Below, one piece after another: positions 1 through 10,381 of a DNA stretch of 64,000 bases. Under the pieces are notes generated by a model. It worked only from the letters and a program-made list of their open reading frames with translations. It was not told the DNA's origin and searched no databases. Position numbers and translations under genes: made by a program. Source of the stretch: a phage; sequence record PZ386969.1. One strand, given 5' to 3'. How positions within the stretch are numbered: the stretch's first letter is position 1; every line of letters starts with the position of its first letter.

Positions 1-32
1 ATGGAAGATCTGATGGGTCTGGAGGTTGTGGG

Positions 33-335
33 ATGATTGTATTCACTGTCATCGGTGTGATCGTAACAGCTGGGGTATTCACAGCCATATTGGGCTACCT
101 GTACTTCATGTTCCTTCATCCGTTATTTCAGGCGTTCAGTCTCACGAATTGGTACTTGGCCTGCCTAAAGGCCGACGGCGGCGTGAACACGGCCTCTCTT
201 CCTTACTGGCGGCTGGTGGCGCATTACTACTCGGTCGGTGGCTGGCCTGGGGAAAGGACATGGAACTCTATCGGTGAGTGGTATGGAATAGGTCGATGGC
301 GTATATTCCCTGATGAAGACGATCAAGCCCCGTGA
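33..335 (+). CDS. small membrane protein (hypothetical)
   Basis: ATG with GGAGG about 8 nt upstream; N-terminal hydrophobic stretch IVFTVIGVIVTAGVFTAILGYLYF; no recognisable domain. Confidence 0.35.
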   Translation: MIVFTVIGVIVTAGVFTAILGYLYFMFLHPLFQAFSLTNWYLACLKADGGVNTASLPYWRLVAHYYSVGGWPGERTWNSIGEWYGIGRWRIFPDEDDQAP

Positions 336-399
336 GGGGCTTTTCTATATCCGGGATAGAGTATCATTGGTTCACCAACGAATCCTCGGGAGAGGCGAT

Positions 400-741
400 A
401 TGAAACGTTCGGTTGTTGTAAATGACATCACGAGATTGATAAACCTTGTCAAAGATGTGTTTCCACAACAGGTGGATGTCGAGTACGTGGGGAAGAACGG
501 GAAGTGTTACCAGGTCGCTCTGTTGTTGAAGCACGTGTACCCTCAAGCAGAGATCCATTACAGTCAGACCGAAGGTCATGTGTATACTCTGATTGATGGG
601 CATTACTACGACATCGAAGGCATCCACTTCAGTGTCCCACCGGATACGTGTTTGCTCGAACACAACAGAGGCCATAAACCCCATCGCTGGCATAAAGGGT
701 TTGTGAACGTACCGATTTTAGAATGGTTGAGGAGACCATAA
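400..741 (+). CDS. hypothetical protein
   Basis: ORF 313..741; start placed at internal ATG preceded by GGGAGAGG; stop overlaps next start (TAATG). Confidence 0.4.
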   Translation: MKRSVVVNDITRLINLVKDVFPQQVDVEYVGKNGKCYQVALLLKHVYPQAEIHYSQTEGHVYTLIDGHYYDIEGIHFSVPPDTCLLEHNRGHKPHRWHKGFVNVPILEWLRRP

Positions 742-1301
742 TGGCAGGAATTGTAAAGTATCTGGGCGACACTCACCTCGGACACAAGAAGATCTTCAAG
801 CCCCGTGGGTTCGACACGCAGGAAGCCCACGACGCTGTGGTCATCGACAGTATCTTTCAGGGGCTGAAGTCTCGAGACGTCCTTGAACTTGCAGGCGACA
901 TCTGCTTCATCGGGGCTGAGGGGTTCATTCGCCTGATGCGCGAGGGTGCCAAGCGGAATATTGATGAGTTCAAGCGCCGCCCCGTCCCTGATGACTGGCG
1001 TCCGAACTTTATCATCAGGGTGGCGCAAGGCAACCATGACAGATTCAAGATGTTGATTCAGCTGTATCAAGAGGGATGGATTAGCTCCTTTGGTGCGATG
1101 TATGAGCGTGATACTCCGGTTGGTCGTGTACTGACCACTCACGTTCCTTATCAATTAGACCGCTGGGCGTATAATATCCATGGCCATCTTCACGAAAATA
1201 TTCGCGAAGAGCGCGAATACCTGAACTGCAGCTGGGAACAATTCAAGCGTCCTGTAACCCTGTCTGAGTTGTTATACACCAATCTGGGGATTGAAATATG
1301 A
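741..1301 (+). CDS. calcineurin-like metallophosphoesterase
   Basis: Motifs GDTHLGH, QGNHD and HGHLH typical of the metallophosphatase fold; GAGGAG RBS before the second ATG of the ORF. Confidence 0.6.
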   Translation: MAGIVKYLGDTHLGHKKIFKPRGFDTQEAHDAVVIDSIFQGLKSRDVLELAGDICFIGAEGFIRLMREGAKRNIDEFKRRPVPDDWRPNFIIRVAQGNHDRFKMLIQLYQEGWISSFGAMYERDTPVGRVLTTHVPYQLDRWAYNIHGHLHENIREEREYLNCSWEQFKRPVTLSELLYTNLGIEI

Positions 1302-1615
1302 AAATTTATTTTCCTGGCCAAAAAGTGCCTTCTGAAGTGCAGAAGGTCACAATCACAGGCTACCGGAAAGGGGATCCGTATCTGCGCTTCTCCTCTCCAT
1401 GTATCGTGAAGCGAACTAAAACGGGTTATTATATCAGGCCGATTGTGTTGATGGGCTGTGTAACGACGTTCAGAGCTTCCTGTGAACACGTTCTTATACA
1501 AGGAAGTCCGAACATCGAAGGTGGAGAAACCCACATGAACTGCAAGCCGATTATCCCGACATGGTTGATTATTGGTGTGCTTTCCGTTTTAGCTCTGAAA
1601 GGAGTATTTTCATGA
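1298..1615 (+). CDS. hypothetical protein with C-terminal transmembrane segment
   Basis: ATGA overlap with upstream gene; C-terminal hydrophobic stretch [14 protein letters not shown]. Confidence 0.4.
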   Translation: MKIYFPGQKVPSEVQKVTITGYRKGDPYLRFSSPCIVKRTKTGYYIRPIVLMGCVTTFRASCEHVLIQGSPNIEGGETHMNCKPIIPTWLIIGVLSVLALKGVFS

Positions 1616-1941
1616 AAAAGCCGCGCATCACAGGACATCAACTCTGCGTCCTTTTAGGAATGTTGAACTTTGAGAAAGGTCATTGCCGTTATGGTGAATG
1701 GTACTTTCATCCCAAATCCTGGACCAATGACAAGGGCAACACCGTCTGGACGTTCCAGGTATGCCCGAACGCTGGTGGTTTCACCTCCGTCAAAGGCAAC
1801 CCCCGCACTGGGGCTTCCCTGCTCGCCAAGGGGTTGATCGAACCAGCTGGCTCAATGGTTCATGACGGTTCTTACGTGAACTGGCCGAACGCTGAGGTGA
1901 CGTTCTATCGCCTGACCGAACTCGGTAAATCTTACCTCTGA
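1612..1941 (+). CDS. hypothetical protein
   Basis: ORF 1561..1941; start moved to internal ATG (MKKPRITG) preceded by GGAG and overlapping the upstream stop. Confidence 0.4.
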   Translation: MKKPRITGHQLCVLLGMLNFEKGHCRYGEWYFHPKSWTNDKGNTVWTFQVCPNAGGFTSVKGNPRTGASLLAKGLIEPAGSMVHDGSYVNWPNAEVTFYRLTELGKSYL

Positions 1942-2010
1942 ATAAAGATTCAGCGGTTATTGAAGAAGGGGGAGTATATACTTCCCTTCGTTTATTAAGA
2001 GGAACCGGAA

Positions 2011-2325
2011 ATGACCCCATTAAAAGAAATGTATGAGCGCCTGGCTGAACTGCAGGCGAAGGAAAAGCGCTTCTCAGAAGAAGAGTCTGAAATCTCCGAG
2101 CTGAACAACCTGATTGCCACTCGCGAGAAGTACCTGCAGCGCTACATTAATCACCCGCCGCGCATGGTAGACCGCGTCAGCACTATCATGGACCTGGATG
2201 AAGTTACTCCTGGTAAAGAAATCATTGTCAGGGAAGTCCACCAGATGGTCGCCATGGGTCAGATCTTTGGTCGTGCAGACCAAGACGACATGATCTTCCT
2301 CCTTGAAAAGAAACTGGTGATGTGA
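2011..2325 (+). CDS. hypothetical protein
   Basis: ORF with AAGAGGAA RBS; acidic, coiled-coil-like N-terminus; no recognisable domain. Confidence 0.45.
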   Translation: MTPLKEMYERLAELQAKEKRFSEEESEISELNNLIATREKYLQRYINHPPRMVDRVSTIMDLDEVTPGKEIIVREVHQMVAMGQIFGRADQDDMIFLLEKKLVM

Positions 2326-2831
2326 TGGCTATCAAACCCCGTATGTTATTTGCGCATATGCGCTCGGCTCATGCATACGCCCTGTCCAGCTATGCCCAGC
2401 GCCTGAAGGTCGGCTGTGTTATCGTTGACCCGCGTGTTGACCAGCCCCTGTCTATCGGTTGGAACGGGACTGCTCCTGGCGCTCCTAATGTCTGTGAGAA
2501 GGAAGTAGACGGTCAACTGGTATCGGTGGGTGTTATCCACGCCGAGGAGAATGCTCTGAGCAAACTCCCCCAGCACACCGAAGACTGTTGTGGCCTGGTG
2601 ATGTTTGTCACTCATAGCCCATGCCCAGAGTGCACCCGTCGTATTATCGACAGTGGCAAGATCGCTAAAGTGTTCTATGACCGACCATATCGTATCATAG
2701 ACGGCATTATTGAAATGCTGAATGCTGGGATTGAAGTATATCGCATGGTCGATCAGTTTGTTGTAGTCCAGCATTCTGTGAAGAACGGCGAACTGGTATC
2801 CACCCCTGTTTTAGTGAACCCTGACAAATAA
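2325..2831 (+). CDS. dCMP deaminase (cytidine/deoxycytidylate deaminase family)
   Basis: Zinc-binding deaminase motifs HAEENAL and SPCPEC; size about 168 aa typical of dCMP deaminase. Confidence 0.85.
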   Translation: MAIKPRMLFAHMRSAHAYALSSYAQRLKVGCVIVDPRVDQPLSIGWNGTAPGAPNVCEKEVDGQLVSVGVIHAEENALSKLPQHTEDCCGLVMFVTHSPCPECTRRIIDSGKIAKVFYDRPYRIIDGIIEMLNAGIEVYRMVDQFVVVQHSVKNGELVSTPVLVNPDK

Positions 2832-2841
2832 GGAATTTATC

Positions 2842-3249
2842 ATGCGTTATGTAGATCGTATGCTCGGCAAAGACGAGCACGTTATTGCCTTCACCCGCCC
2901 GACTTGGTGGAGCGGTTTTTGGATTTATGTTCTGGTTATTTTAACGTTTATCCCAACATTTGGATTCAGCTTGTTATTTCTGATACCAACAATTTTAAAT
3001 GTATTGACAACTGAATTCGCTGTGACTAATAAGCGTGTCATCGTCAAACGTGGTTTCATCCGTCGTGATGCTGATGAGTTGCGCATCGGTAAGGTGGAGA
3101 CAGTGAAGGTTGATCAGTCCATCACAGGCCGTATCTTGGGCTTCTCAACAATCAGCGTGATCGGTACGGGCGGCACCCACCTGCTGGCCAAGGGTTGTGC
3201 TGGTGGTAATGCGTTCCGTCAGAAGATCTACGATCACCTAGAAGACTGA
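2842..3249 (+). CDS. membrane protein (hypothetical)
   Basis: AAGGAA RBS; two predicted TM helices near N-terminus (WWSGFWIYVLVILTFIPTFGFSLLFLIPTIL). Confidence 0.45.
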   Translation: MRYVDRMLGKDEHVIAFTRPTWWSGFWIYVLVILTFIPTFGFSLLFLIPTILNVLTTEFAVTNKRVIVKRGFIRRDADELRIGKVETVKVDQSITGRILGFSTISVIGTGGTHLLAKGCAGGNAFRQKIYDHLED

Positions 3250-3251
3250 TT

Positions 3252-3464
3252 ATGATCATTTCAGGTTACACCATCGATCTTTATTGTGAATGCTCAGATT
3301 GCAAGGCATGCAGTTGGGCTTGGGAAGAGCATCACCCCAAGTGCGGGTTCAAACAATACACTGGTGAGACTTGGGGTGATTGTGTCAAACAGGCGCGAGC
3401 AGACGGCTGGCAAATCGGGCGCGACAGGCATACCTGCTACGCCCCTGGCCACAAAAGAAGTTAA
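3252..3464 (+). CDS. small Cys-rich protein (hypothetical)
   Basis: 70-aa ORF with CxC..C..C and HxxC pattern; weak RBS. Confidence 0.3.
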   Translation: MIISGYTIDLYCECSDCKACSWAWEEHHPKCGFKQYTGETWGDCVKQARADGWQIGRDRHTCYAPGHKRS

Positions 3465-3469
3465 GGTAG

Positions 3470-4084
3470 TTAAGGTAATAGAAGTCCATCATCCCGCTCC
3501 GTTGGGGCGGGTTTAATCTCCTTCCGCATCTGTTCCTTCAGCACCCTGACACGTTCGGCATGTCGGCGATCTTGCATCTCCATATCCCGTTTCTTTTTCG
3601 ACTTCAGCTCAAACTGTTTACGAACATCCGGATCTTCACCTGGAACAAGATGCTCTTCGGTCCAGATAATGAACTTCCAGTTCTTCTTGGCACACAGTTC
3701 GCGGGTGGCCTCCCACTTGGCAGAATTGACCAACCAGGTTCGCATCGCATTGTTGAATGTCGACTCCTTCATGTTCGGAGTCTTCTTCGGCTGCTTGATC
3801 TGGTCTTTGGGCTTGATCTCAATGAGGGTGACCTGTAGTTCCTCTTGCCCTTCACGGCGCGTCCAGACCTTGAGGTCCATGAAGTAACGATGGGTGCGCC
3901 CGTCGACTGGGGAAATGTAAGGGATTACGGTCTCCTCACTAGACCACTTCACTATCGCGGAGTTCATATCACAGAACTTGAAAGCCACCAACTCCAGCGA
4001 AGAGCGGAAGATGATGTTATTCACATTCCCCTGATACTTCTTGGGATTAACCGGGGTGTACTTCCCCTGAAGATAGTTGCTCAT
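3470..4084 (-). CDS. hypothetical protein, possible PD-(D/E)XK-like nuclease fold
   Basis: ATG with AGGA RBS; segment PVDGRTHRYFMDLKV...LIEIKPK resembles a D...E-x-K nuclease core; basic coiled-coil C-terminus; lone minus-strand gene between plus-strand genes. Confidence 0.35.
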   Translation of the reverse strand: MSNYLQGKYTPVNPKKYQGNVNNIIFRSSLELVAFKFCDMNSAIVKWSSEETVIPYISPVDGRTHRYFMDLKVWTRREGQEELQVTLIEIKPKDQIKQPKKTPNMKESTFNNAMRTWLVNSAKWEATRELCAKKNWKFIIWTEEHLVPGEDPDVRKQFELKSKKKRDMEMQDRRHAERVRVLKEQMRKEIKPAPTERDDGLLLP

Positions 4085-4134
4085 AATCTAGTCCTAAATA
4101 GCCATAACACTCTATCTATTTAAGGGCTGAGACC

Positions 4135-5103
4135 ATGGCCGACTTCAAGAAGACAATCGATAAGATCAAGGTTCTGAACACGAAGGGATTGTCCCAGGCT
4201 CAGAAGCAATTGTCTTATCCCCTAGACGTTACTGGGGGTAAGACCTTGGGACACTATGTCCTATTCAACATCAACCGCATCTCCGGTTCATCTTATGGCA
4301 ACACGGCTGCTCAGACTATCGAGAACCCAATACAGAACCCTCTGGGGAATACTCCTGTGGTCTATGGGTCCAAGTCTGGTTCCATCACCAAATATGCATG
4401 GGCGCGTCACGTTCGTTCGAACGAATCTATTGTTCTGTGTATGCCGGAGTCCATTACAACCAACTATGGTGTTGGCTGGAACGGTAGCGAGCTGGGGCTG
4501 GCTGGTATGGGGGCACAGTTCCTTTCCCGCGCCGCCCAAGACATGACTCAGTTTAAACTGGGTGATGCGCTCAACGTCGGGAAGGAGATGGGGCGATTCG
4601 CTGCCACCAAGGCTATCCAATCTGCGTCGGAGGCTATTCCATTCCTGCCGAGCATTAACGCTCATGACACCCTTGAGTTGTTCACAGGCACCATGACCAA
4701 CCCATATGTGGAGATGATCTTCCAGGGTGTTCGCAACCGTGAGATTCCATTTACATTCAAATTCACGCCGCGATCTCAGAAGGAAGCCAAGATGGTCCGT
4801 GAGATCATCCGCATGTTCAAGATGCATATGTACCCAGAGTACAAGTACAACAAGAATTCCAGCGCGTTTTACTTGCATCCTTCAACATTCGACATTACGT
4901 TCATGGTCAATGGGGAGCGTAACCAGTGGCTGCACCGCATATCCACTTGTGTACTTTCCAACATGTTCGTCAACGAGACGCCGGACAGTTCATATGCGGT
5001 TCACAAAGATGATGGTATCGTGTCCACGCAGGTTGACATGACCTTCATTGAACTGGAGCCTCTACATAAAGGGCGCTTTGAAACCGAAGGCGATAGCTTC
5101 TAA
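4135..5103 (+). CDS. virion structural protein (baseplate/tail-tube associated, tentative)
   Basis: First gene of a four-gene plus-strand module ending in a tape-measure-like protein; size near T4 gp48/gp54; no enzymatic motifs. Confidence 0.45.
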   Translation: MADFKKTIDKIKVLNTKGLSQAQKQLSYPLDVTGGKTLGHYVLFNINRISGSSYGNTAAQTIENPIQNPLGNTPVVYGSKSGSITKYAWARHVRSNESIVLCMPESITTNYGVGWNGSELGLAGMGAQFLSRAAQDMTQFKLGDALNVGKEMGRFAATKAIQSASEAIPFLPSINAHDTLELFTGTMTNPYVEMIFQGVRNREIPFTFKFTPRSQKEAKMVREIIRMFKMHMYPEYKYNKNSSAFYLHPSTFDITFMVNGERNQWLHRISTCVLSNMFVNETPDSSYAVHKDDGIVSTQVDMTFIELEPLHKGRFETEGDSF

Positions 5104-5114
5104 GAGAGGATGCC

Positions 5115-5669
5115 ATGAAATATTTTGAGAAGTTTCCTCTTGTTTGGCATCAATTACAAGATGTCCAAGAGAACGATCAGGTGCTGTTACAGAACTTAAC
5201 GCGCCGTGTAATGATCTTACAGAAAATTAAGGACATCGAAGGGCTTCTCCTGCCGTATACGATCCAAGATGGGGAAACCCCAAGGTCTTTCGCAGAACGC
5301 GTTTACGGATCCTTCGAGTTGTTTTGGATACCTTGTCTGATAAACGGCATCATGGACATCAATAAGGACTGGCCGAAACCGGAACGCCGTATTGTTGAAG
5401 AACTGACTGCAGATTACGGCATCGATGGTATGTGGGATACAGCCTATTATGTCGACCAGTTCAACAATGTGACCGACGCCCGTGCTATCAAATTTGCATA
5501 TAACCTAGACCTAGATGAGCCGTCCATAATTGCTAACTATGGTCTGACGGCAGTTTCATACCATGATGATGCAATCAGTAAGAATGAAGCCAAACGGAAC
5601 ATCCAAGTACTCGACCCAGATTATGTGTCTTCGTTTGTCAATCAGCTGGAGCAGGAGTTGGCGAAATGA
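5115..5669 (+). CDS. virion structural protein (tentative)
   Basis: Translationally coupled within the structural module; 184 aa. Confidence 0.4.
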   Translation: MKYFEKFPLVWHQLQDVQENDQVLLQNLTRRVMILQKIKDIEGLLLPYTIQDGETPRSFAERVYGSFELFWIPCLINGIMDINKDWPKPERRIVEELTADYGIDGMWDTAYYVDQFNNVTDARAIKFAYNLDLDEPSIIANYGLTAVSYHDDAISKNEAKRNIQVLDPDYVSSFVNQLEQELAK

Positions 5670-7054
5670 TCGAAAACAGAGAGACCCAAGACGGTATTGT
5701 AACACCGTCAACAACATTTGACCTGAAGTATATGGCGATACTCCCTCATACACCCCAGGGCGGATCACCAACGCCATATGACCTGACGGCGTTGTTTGAG
5801 GAGTTCAACGTCTTCCAGGATCTGGGTCTTGAAGGGAAGTCATCTCCATCACTTACAGCCAATGTCTTGATAAAAGAAGGGTGGGACATTCTTGACACAA
5901 TGCCTATCTTGGGTGGTGAAGAAGTTGTGGTGTCATTCAAGAGTCCGGCGGCCTCGGAATACACCACTCTATCCCTGCGCGTAGCGCGTGTTGGGCGCGT
6001 AGCTGATGAGTCCAACAGCTCGTCCAAGAAAGCATTCTGGTTACACATGGTGACCACCGATGCCTACAAGGACAGCATGATCCGCTGCTCCCTCGGTCTT
6101 GAAGGTTCGTATTCTGACATGGCGAAGGCAATCTTCAATCAGTTGGAGTCGCGCACCAAGTTCGAAGACATCGACCCGTCATATGGTATTCAAGAGCGGT
6201 TCGCCACCCCGCTCTGGCCTGTGCTGCGATCTATTGATTATATGGCAAGCCGTTCTTATGACGAATTGTTCATGCCATTCGTTTTCTATGAAGACTTCAA
6301 TGGCTATCACTTCAAGAGCCTGACGACGTTGTTCAACCAGGGCAGCCAGTCATTGACGGCAGAAGAGAAGCAGGAACTGGCTCAGCAGAACAAGTTATTC
6401 CGTGATCCTCAGGACGCACCGCTCATGCAGGATAACAACTTCAACTCTGAGCGCTTTATGCGCACGATCATCAAGGCAGAGAAGAAGCTGGCGCGTGACC
6501 AGTTCATGGCAAACTACCGCGATGTCCTGGCGGTGAACGAGCGCGTCTACGACTTTGAGACCAAGACAGTCACCCCAACACAGCGCATCTATACTGAGTG
6601 GTTTGCAGAGACGGCTCACCTTGATCCGTTCCCGATGTTCTCAGATGAATTCAATCGTCAGAACGTCCGTTACATTGAAGCCCAGCCGGATGGAGCGGAG
6701 CAGATTGATTATGCTCGTCGTGTTATCAACTTCAGTCTTGCCAGCACTGTGATGCGCGTGTTGCTCGTTGGTGATAACCGCCTGAACGTCGGTCAGGTGT
6801 TCTACGTCGAAGACCAGTCCAACCGTCCTAAGAAGAACGAAAACCTGGCAGAGTTAAGTAAGCTATCGACAGGCCACTATATCGTGACCAAAGTGCGTCA
6901 CAAGATTTCCCGCCTAACCAAAGATTATCAGTGTATCGCTGAGATTGCCAAGGACAGTTTGCTGGAGCAGGTGCTTCCACCTCAGACCAATCAGACAACT
7001 GCTTCCACCACTACTCCTCAGGCGATTGAGAAAGGCCAAGCACAGAAGGTTTAA
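5666..7054 (+). CDS. virion structural protein (baseplate hub-like, tentative)
   Basis: ATGA overlap with upstream gene; 462 aa; sits immediately upstream of the tape-measure-like gene. Confidence 0.45.
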   Translation: MIENRETQDGIVTPSTTFDLKYMAILPHTPQGGSPTPYDLTALFEEFNVFQDLGLEGKSSPSLTANVLIKEGWDILDTMPILGGEEVVVSFKSPAASEYTTLSLRVARVGRVADESNSSSKKAFWLHMVTTDAYKDSMIRCSLGLEGSYSDMAKAIFNQLESRTKFEDIDPSYGIQERFATPLWPVLRSIDYMASRSYDELFMPFVFYEDFNGYHFKSLTTLFNQGSQSLTAEEKQELAQQNKLFRDPQDAPLMQDNNFNSERFMRTIIKAEKKLARDQFMANYRDVLAVNERVYDFETKTVTPTQRIYTEWFAETAHLDPFPMFSDEFNRQNVRYIEAQPDGAEQIDYARRVINFSLASTVMRVLLVGDNRLNVGQVFYVEDQSNRPKKNENLAELSKLSTGHYIVTKVRHKISRLTKDYQCIAEIAKDSLLEQVLPPQTNQTTASTTTPQAIEKGQAQKV

Positions 7055-7065
7055 CGAGGTGACCC

Positions 7066-9012
7066 ATGGCACAGGAAGCAACGAACAACGATGTTGTCAA
7101 AGTTCTAGACAAGATCAAGGCGGAGATGATGCAGCGCAAACAACTCCGCGCTCAGAATGAAACCAACAAACAGCTTGACCGGATGAACAAGAATCTGGCC
7201 AAGCTGGAATCTGCCACCAAACAGGGCACCAAGGCCGAGTCCAAGCCATTTGAAATCCGTATCCCGACGGTCAATGAGATCGTCATGGGATTCGCTCGCA
7301 TGTCTCCGATCTTCACCCGCGACTTCAGCGTATGGATGAAAGATACTGTCGATGTGGGTAACGAAGGCAATCGGGAACTGGAGAATATCGCAGGCAAGAT
7401 TGACCGCCTCGGTGAGATCACCCGTATGCCAACAGATGACACGTCCCTGGAGTATCTTAACCTGATCTCAGACCAGCTGAAGTCTGCCAATGATGACACC
7501 CTCAAGCGCATGGACGAGCAGAGTGTGTCTCTGGTCCGCGTGGGATCATTCTTGAACATGATCGACGGAGTGATGATCGAAGTTCGTGACGATGTTGCTG
7601 AACTGAAAAAGAACTCCGATGACACCCTTACTCGCCTGTCTAGTATTGAAAACAAGATTGGGCGCACGGGTGGTCATATCGTTGGAGTGTTGACACGCAT
7701 CTTTGATGAAGACCAGAAGTGGCGTGAGAAGGACGAGATGCGCCGTGGGGAAACCGACAAAGAAACAGGTGGTCATCCTCAGGCGGGTTCTGTTATACCC
7801 AAAGACGATGACCAGAAAGACGATTCCTCCGGTATCGGGGCTGCTGTGGCTGCTATGCTCGGTCTGAATGCACTGAAGGGATTCTTGCTCAAGCCGTTCA
7901 AGATCATCGGTGGCGTTGTCGGGGCTTTCCTCGGTATGTTCTCCAAGCTGGGAGAAGGTATCACCAAACTTCTGGGTCCATTTGGGAAGGTGTTCAAGTT
8001 CCTGAAAGTCGGCCCACTGGCTCTCCTGTCTATGATCTGGGACTTCGGTAAAGGCTTCATTGATGCGAAGGAGATCCTAGGTAAAGGTGCTGTCACGATA
8101 GTTGACCGAGTACGGGCGGGGATATCAGAACTGGTTGGTGGATTTGGTGATCTATTTGACTGGGTGTCCAAGATCTTTGGCTTTGATACCGAGGCGGGTG
8201 AAACCCTGCGCAAATACACCCTCATGATCACTGAGGCTCCCGCTCGTTGGCTGAATGGTATTATCGACTGGATTAGCAACGACTTGTTTGCAGGGATCGG
8301 GAGAGACACGTCTCTTACGGATATCCCTGGCAAGTTAGCAGACAACCTACAGTCCGAGTTGATAAAGCTGGTAGGCTGGATCACAGGGGGTATCAGTAGT
8401 GTGATCGACGAGGGCATGGGTGTGGCCAACAAGGTCATTGACGATATCAAGAAGGGATTTGCCGAAAATGTGAAGAAACCTTTCTTCAACATGCTGAACA
8501 CAATCACCAATGCGATGTTCGATATCGTTGACAAGTTCGTCAGCATCATCCCTGACGCTCTGGGTGGACAGGCTGCGAAGCAGAAGATGGATGAGGCTCG
8601 CCAGTCTATGCTGATTGACACTGATGAGAATCCGTCTCCTAATGTGACAGAGACCCAGCAGCCACAGACGCCAGCACAACCGAACATCGATCCACAAACG
8701 CTGACTCCAATACCTTCTGGTGCGTCTTCGGATGACAAGAATATGACTAATGACCGCACCTCTCAGCTGAAAGCTGCGTATGGTTCTATCGGGGGTGGTA
8801 CTCTGGGCGGGGCCATGCCATCACAAGGGAGGGCGCTGTCTAATATTGAGCAAGTACAAGGCGGCTATTCACCGCCTCCAGCCAGCGTCGTGATACCAGT
8901 ACAGCAGAATGTGGATGCTTCTAAGAGGATCAACACGACCAATAACTTCAACAGCTCATATCTTGAGCCTGAGAACAAAACAGATAATTCCCGCATCCTG
9001 TGGGAATGGTAA
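7066..9012 (+). CDS. tail tape-measure / length-determinator-like protein
   Basis: 648 aa; N-terminal coiled coil, central Gly-rich hydrophobic segments (GIGAAVAAMLGLNALKGFLL..GGVVGAFLGMFSKLGEG) typical of tape-measure proteins; size close to T4 gp29. Confidence 0.45.
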   Translation: MAQEATNNDVVKVLDKIKAEMMQRKQLRAQNETNKQLDRMNKNLAKLESATKQGTKAESKPFEIRIPTVNEIVMGFARMSPIFTRDFSVWMKDTVDVGNEGNRELENIAGKIDRLGEITRMPTDDTSLEYLNLISDQLKSANDDTLKRMDEQSVSLVRVGSFLNMIDGVMIEVRDDVAELKKNSDDTLTRLSSIENKIGRTGGHIVGVLTRIFDEDQKWREKDEMRRGETDKETGGHPQAGSVIPKDDDQKDDSSGIGAAVAAMLGLNALKGFLLKPFKIIGGVVGAFLGMFSKLGEGITKLLGPFGKVFKFLKVGPLALLSMIWDFGKGFIDAKEILGKGAVTIVDRVRAGISELVGGFGDLFDWVSKIFGFDTEAGETLRKYTLMITEAPARWLNGIIDWISNDLFAGIGRDTSLTDIPGKLADNLQSELIKLVGWITGGISSVIDEGMGVANKVIDDIKKGFAENVKKPFFNMLNTITNAMFDIVDKFVSIIPDALGGQAAKQKMDEARQSMLIDTDENPSPNVTETQQPQTPAQPNIDPQTLTPIPSGASSDDKNMTNDRTSQLKAAYGSIGGGTLGGAMPSQGRALSNIEQVQGGYSPPPASVVIPVQQNVDASKRINTTNNFNSSYLEPENKTDNSRILWEW

Positions 9013-9672
9013 TCAGATTCCGTGGGCTTGTATTAGCTCACGGAGTCTCTGTTTTGAATATGTGGTATCCTCATCCGGAACCACAGCATTCGTCTTCCTG
9101 AGCAAGAACGCCTCTGAGTTCCAGTAGATGTCATCACGCAGAATCGTATCGTATAGATGAATGAAACCAACGATCTTGTTCAGACCGACAAGGAACCAAA
9201 TCGGGAACTTCTTGATGATGATGTCTGTCAGCAACGGTGGATGACCTGTACCCGTCCCCTTGATGTACTCAATGAAGGTGCAGTTGCGCTCCCTTATGGC
9301 AGGGATCATCTCCCGCTCGAACTCCTCAAGGAAGTTATATGTGAAGTTCTCGTACAGCTTACGGTATTCATCATAATTGGCCTGAGCCTGGCGTGTAAGC
9401 AATGTCGTCACCCAGGTCTTGGGTGATTTGATGAAGTTGGCAATGATGTAGTTCTCTACCACTTCACCCTGTGTTGACTCGAACCGACGGGCAAGGCGAG
9501 CAAACTGTTTGCACACGGCCTCCTTCGCCAAGAACGTCTCGAACTTGTAATTCATCGGTCCATACAAGCTGTAATCGAAGTCCTTAGTGGTGAAGTGCAG
9601 CTTGATCGCCATGAAGACACAGTAAACGTTGAACGCCCGTTCATACTCCATCTTTTGCCACTCTGTCAGCAT
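9013..9672 (-). CDS. hypothetical protein (possible gp59-like helicase loader)
   Basis: 219 aa; size and aromatic-rich N-terminus loosely resemble T4 gp59; assignment tentative. Confidence 0.3.
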   Translation of the reverse strand: MLTEWQKMEYERAFNVYCVFMAIKLHFTTKDFDYSLYGPMNYKFETFLAKEAVCKQFARLARRFESTQGEVVENYIIANFIKSPKTWVTTLLTRQAQANYDEYRKLYENFTYNFLEEFEREMIPAIRERNCTFIEYIKGTGTGHPPLLTDIIIKKFPIWFLVGLNKIVGFIHLYDTILRDDIYWNSEAFLLRKTNAVVPDEDTTYSKQRLRELIQAHGI

Positions 9673-9920
9673 TTGCGTTCCTCTTCTTTAATAAATTGCA
9701 ATAACTCTTCCATCAGCCCTTTCTTCTTGATGAACTGTAACACTAGGATGAAGCGACGGAAGGAACGGGGGACAACACGATAACCCTTCGCCCAGTAGTT
9801 CACAACATTGGAACAATCCAATAAACGAGCCAGCCCAGATTGTGACACCCCGAGGCTCAGCAGAACCTTGTACATGTACTTCTTGTCATTTACCGGAAGC
9901 TCTTTCATTCTTAAACTCAT
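9666..9920 (-). CDS. helix-turn-helix DNA-binding protein
   Basis: Segment LSLGVSQSGLARLLDCSNVVNYW looks like an HTH motif; 84 aa. Confidence 0.4.
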   Translation of the reverse strand: MSLRMKELPVNDKKYMYKVLLSLGVSQSGLARLLDCSNVVNYWAKGYRVVPRSFRRFILVLQFIKKKGLMEELLQFIKEEERKC

Positions 9921-10143
9921 GATACTTGTCCGCTAATGTCTTGTAATATTTGTTAGGATTATACTCCTGTTTGGAATAGTGAAGAGTAAGGGAAGCACTC
10001 AGACCGAGGATAATCACGACAACGAGCGCCTTGTGGTTATTGATCTCGGGAATAGCTATCCACACCAGCAGCATCACAAGCGAGCTGATAATCAAGGACA
10101 ATAAGAACGTTAATGCAATCACCAATGCGAATAGCTCGTCCAT
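9886..10143 (-). CDS. small membrane protein
   Basis: Two hydrophobic helices (LFALVIALTFLLSLIISSLVMLLVWIAI and ALVVVIILGLSASL). Confidence 0.35.
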   Translation of the reverse strand: MDELFALVIALTFLLSLIISSLVMLLVWIAIPEINNHKALVVVIILGLSASLTLHYSKQEYNPNKYYKTLADKYHEFKNERASGK

Positions 10144-10147
10144 CAGA

Positions 10148-10381
10148 TCACACCTCTTTGTGTTTCTTCATCTTGCGAACAGTGCCCACAAACCCAAGAT
10201 CCTTCCCGCAATGGGTGCAGATAGCATGGCAAGCGTGGTTCTCACGATAGGTGCTGTGTTTGCAGCGCCATTGCTTGAACGCCGAACGGGCAACTAGGAT
10301 CACGGCGATCAAGAAGACGATGCCGGATATCTGAAGTTCAACCAAGAACTTCGCCCACCAGAAACTCATGTACTCACCCAT
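10148..10381 (-). CDS. small membrane protein with C-terminal Cys/His cluster
   Basis: Start placed at ATG (MGEYMSF) after GGAGAAGGGAA, overlapping the ligase stop; TM helix plus HACHAICTHC motif. Confidence 0.3.
   Translation of the reverse strand: MGEYMSFWWAKFLVELQISGIVFLIAVILVARSAFKQWRCKHSTYRENHACHAICTHCGKDLGFVGTVRKMKKHKEV

Noticed and set aside
7779-8759. 326-aa minus-strand ORF inside the tape-measure-like gene
   Set aside because: Antisense shadow of a Gly/Ala-rich coding region; Ser/Pro-rich low-complexity translation; no RBS
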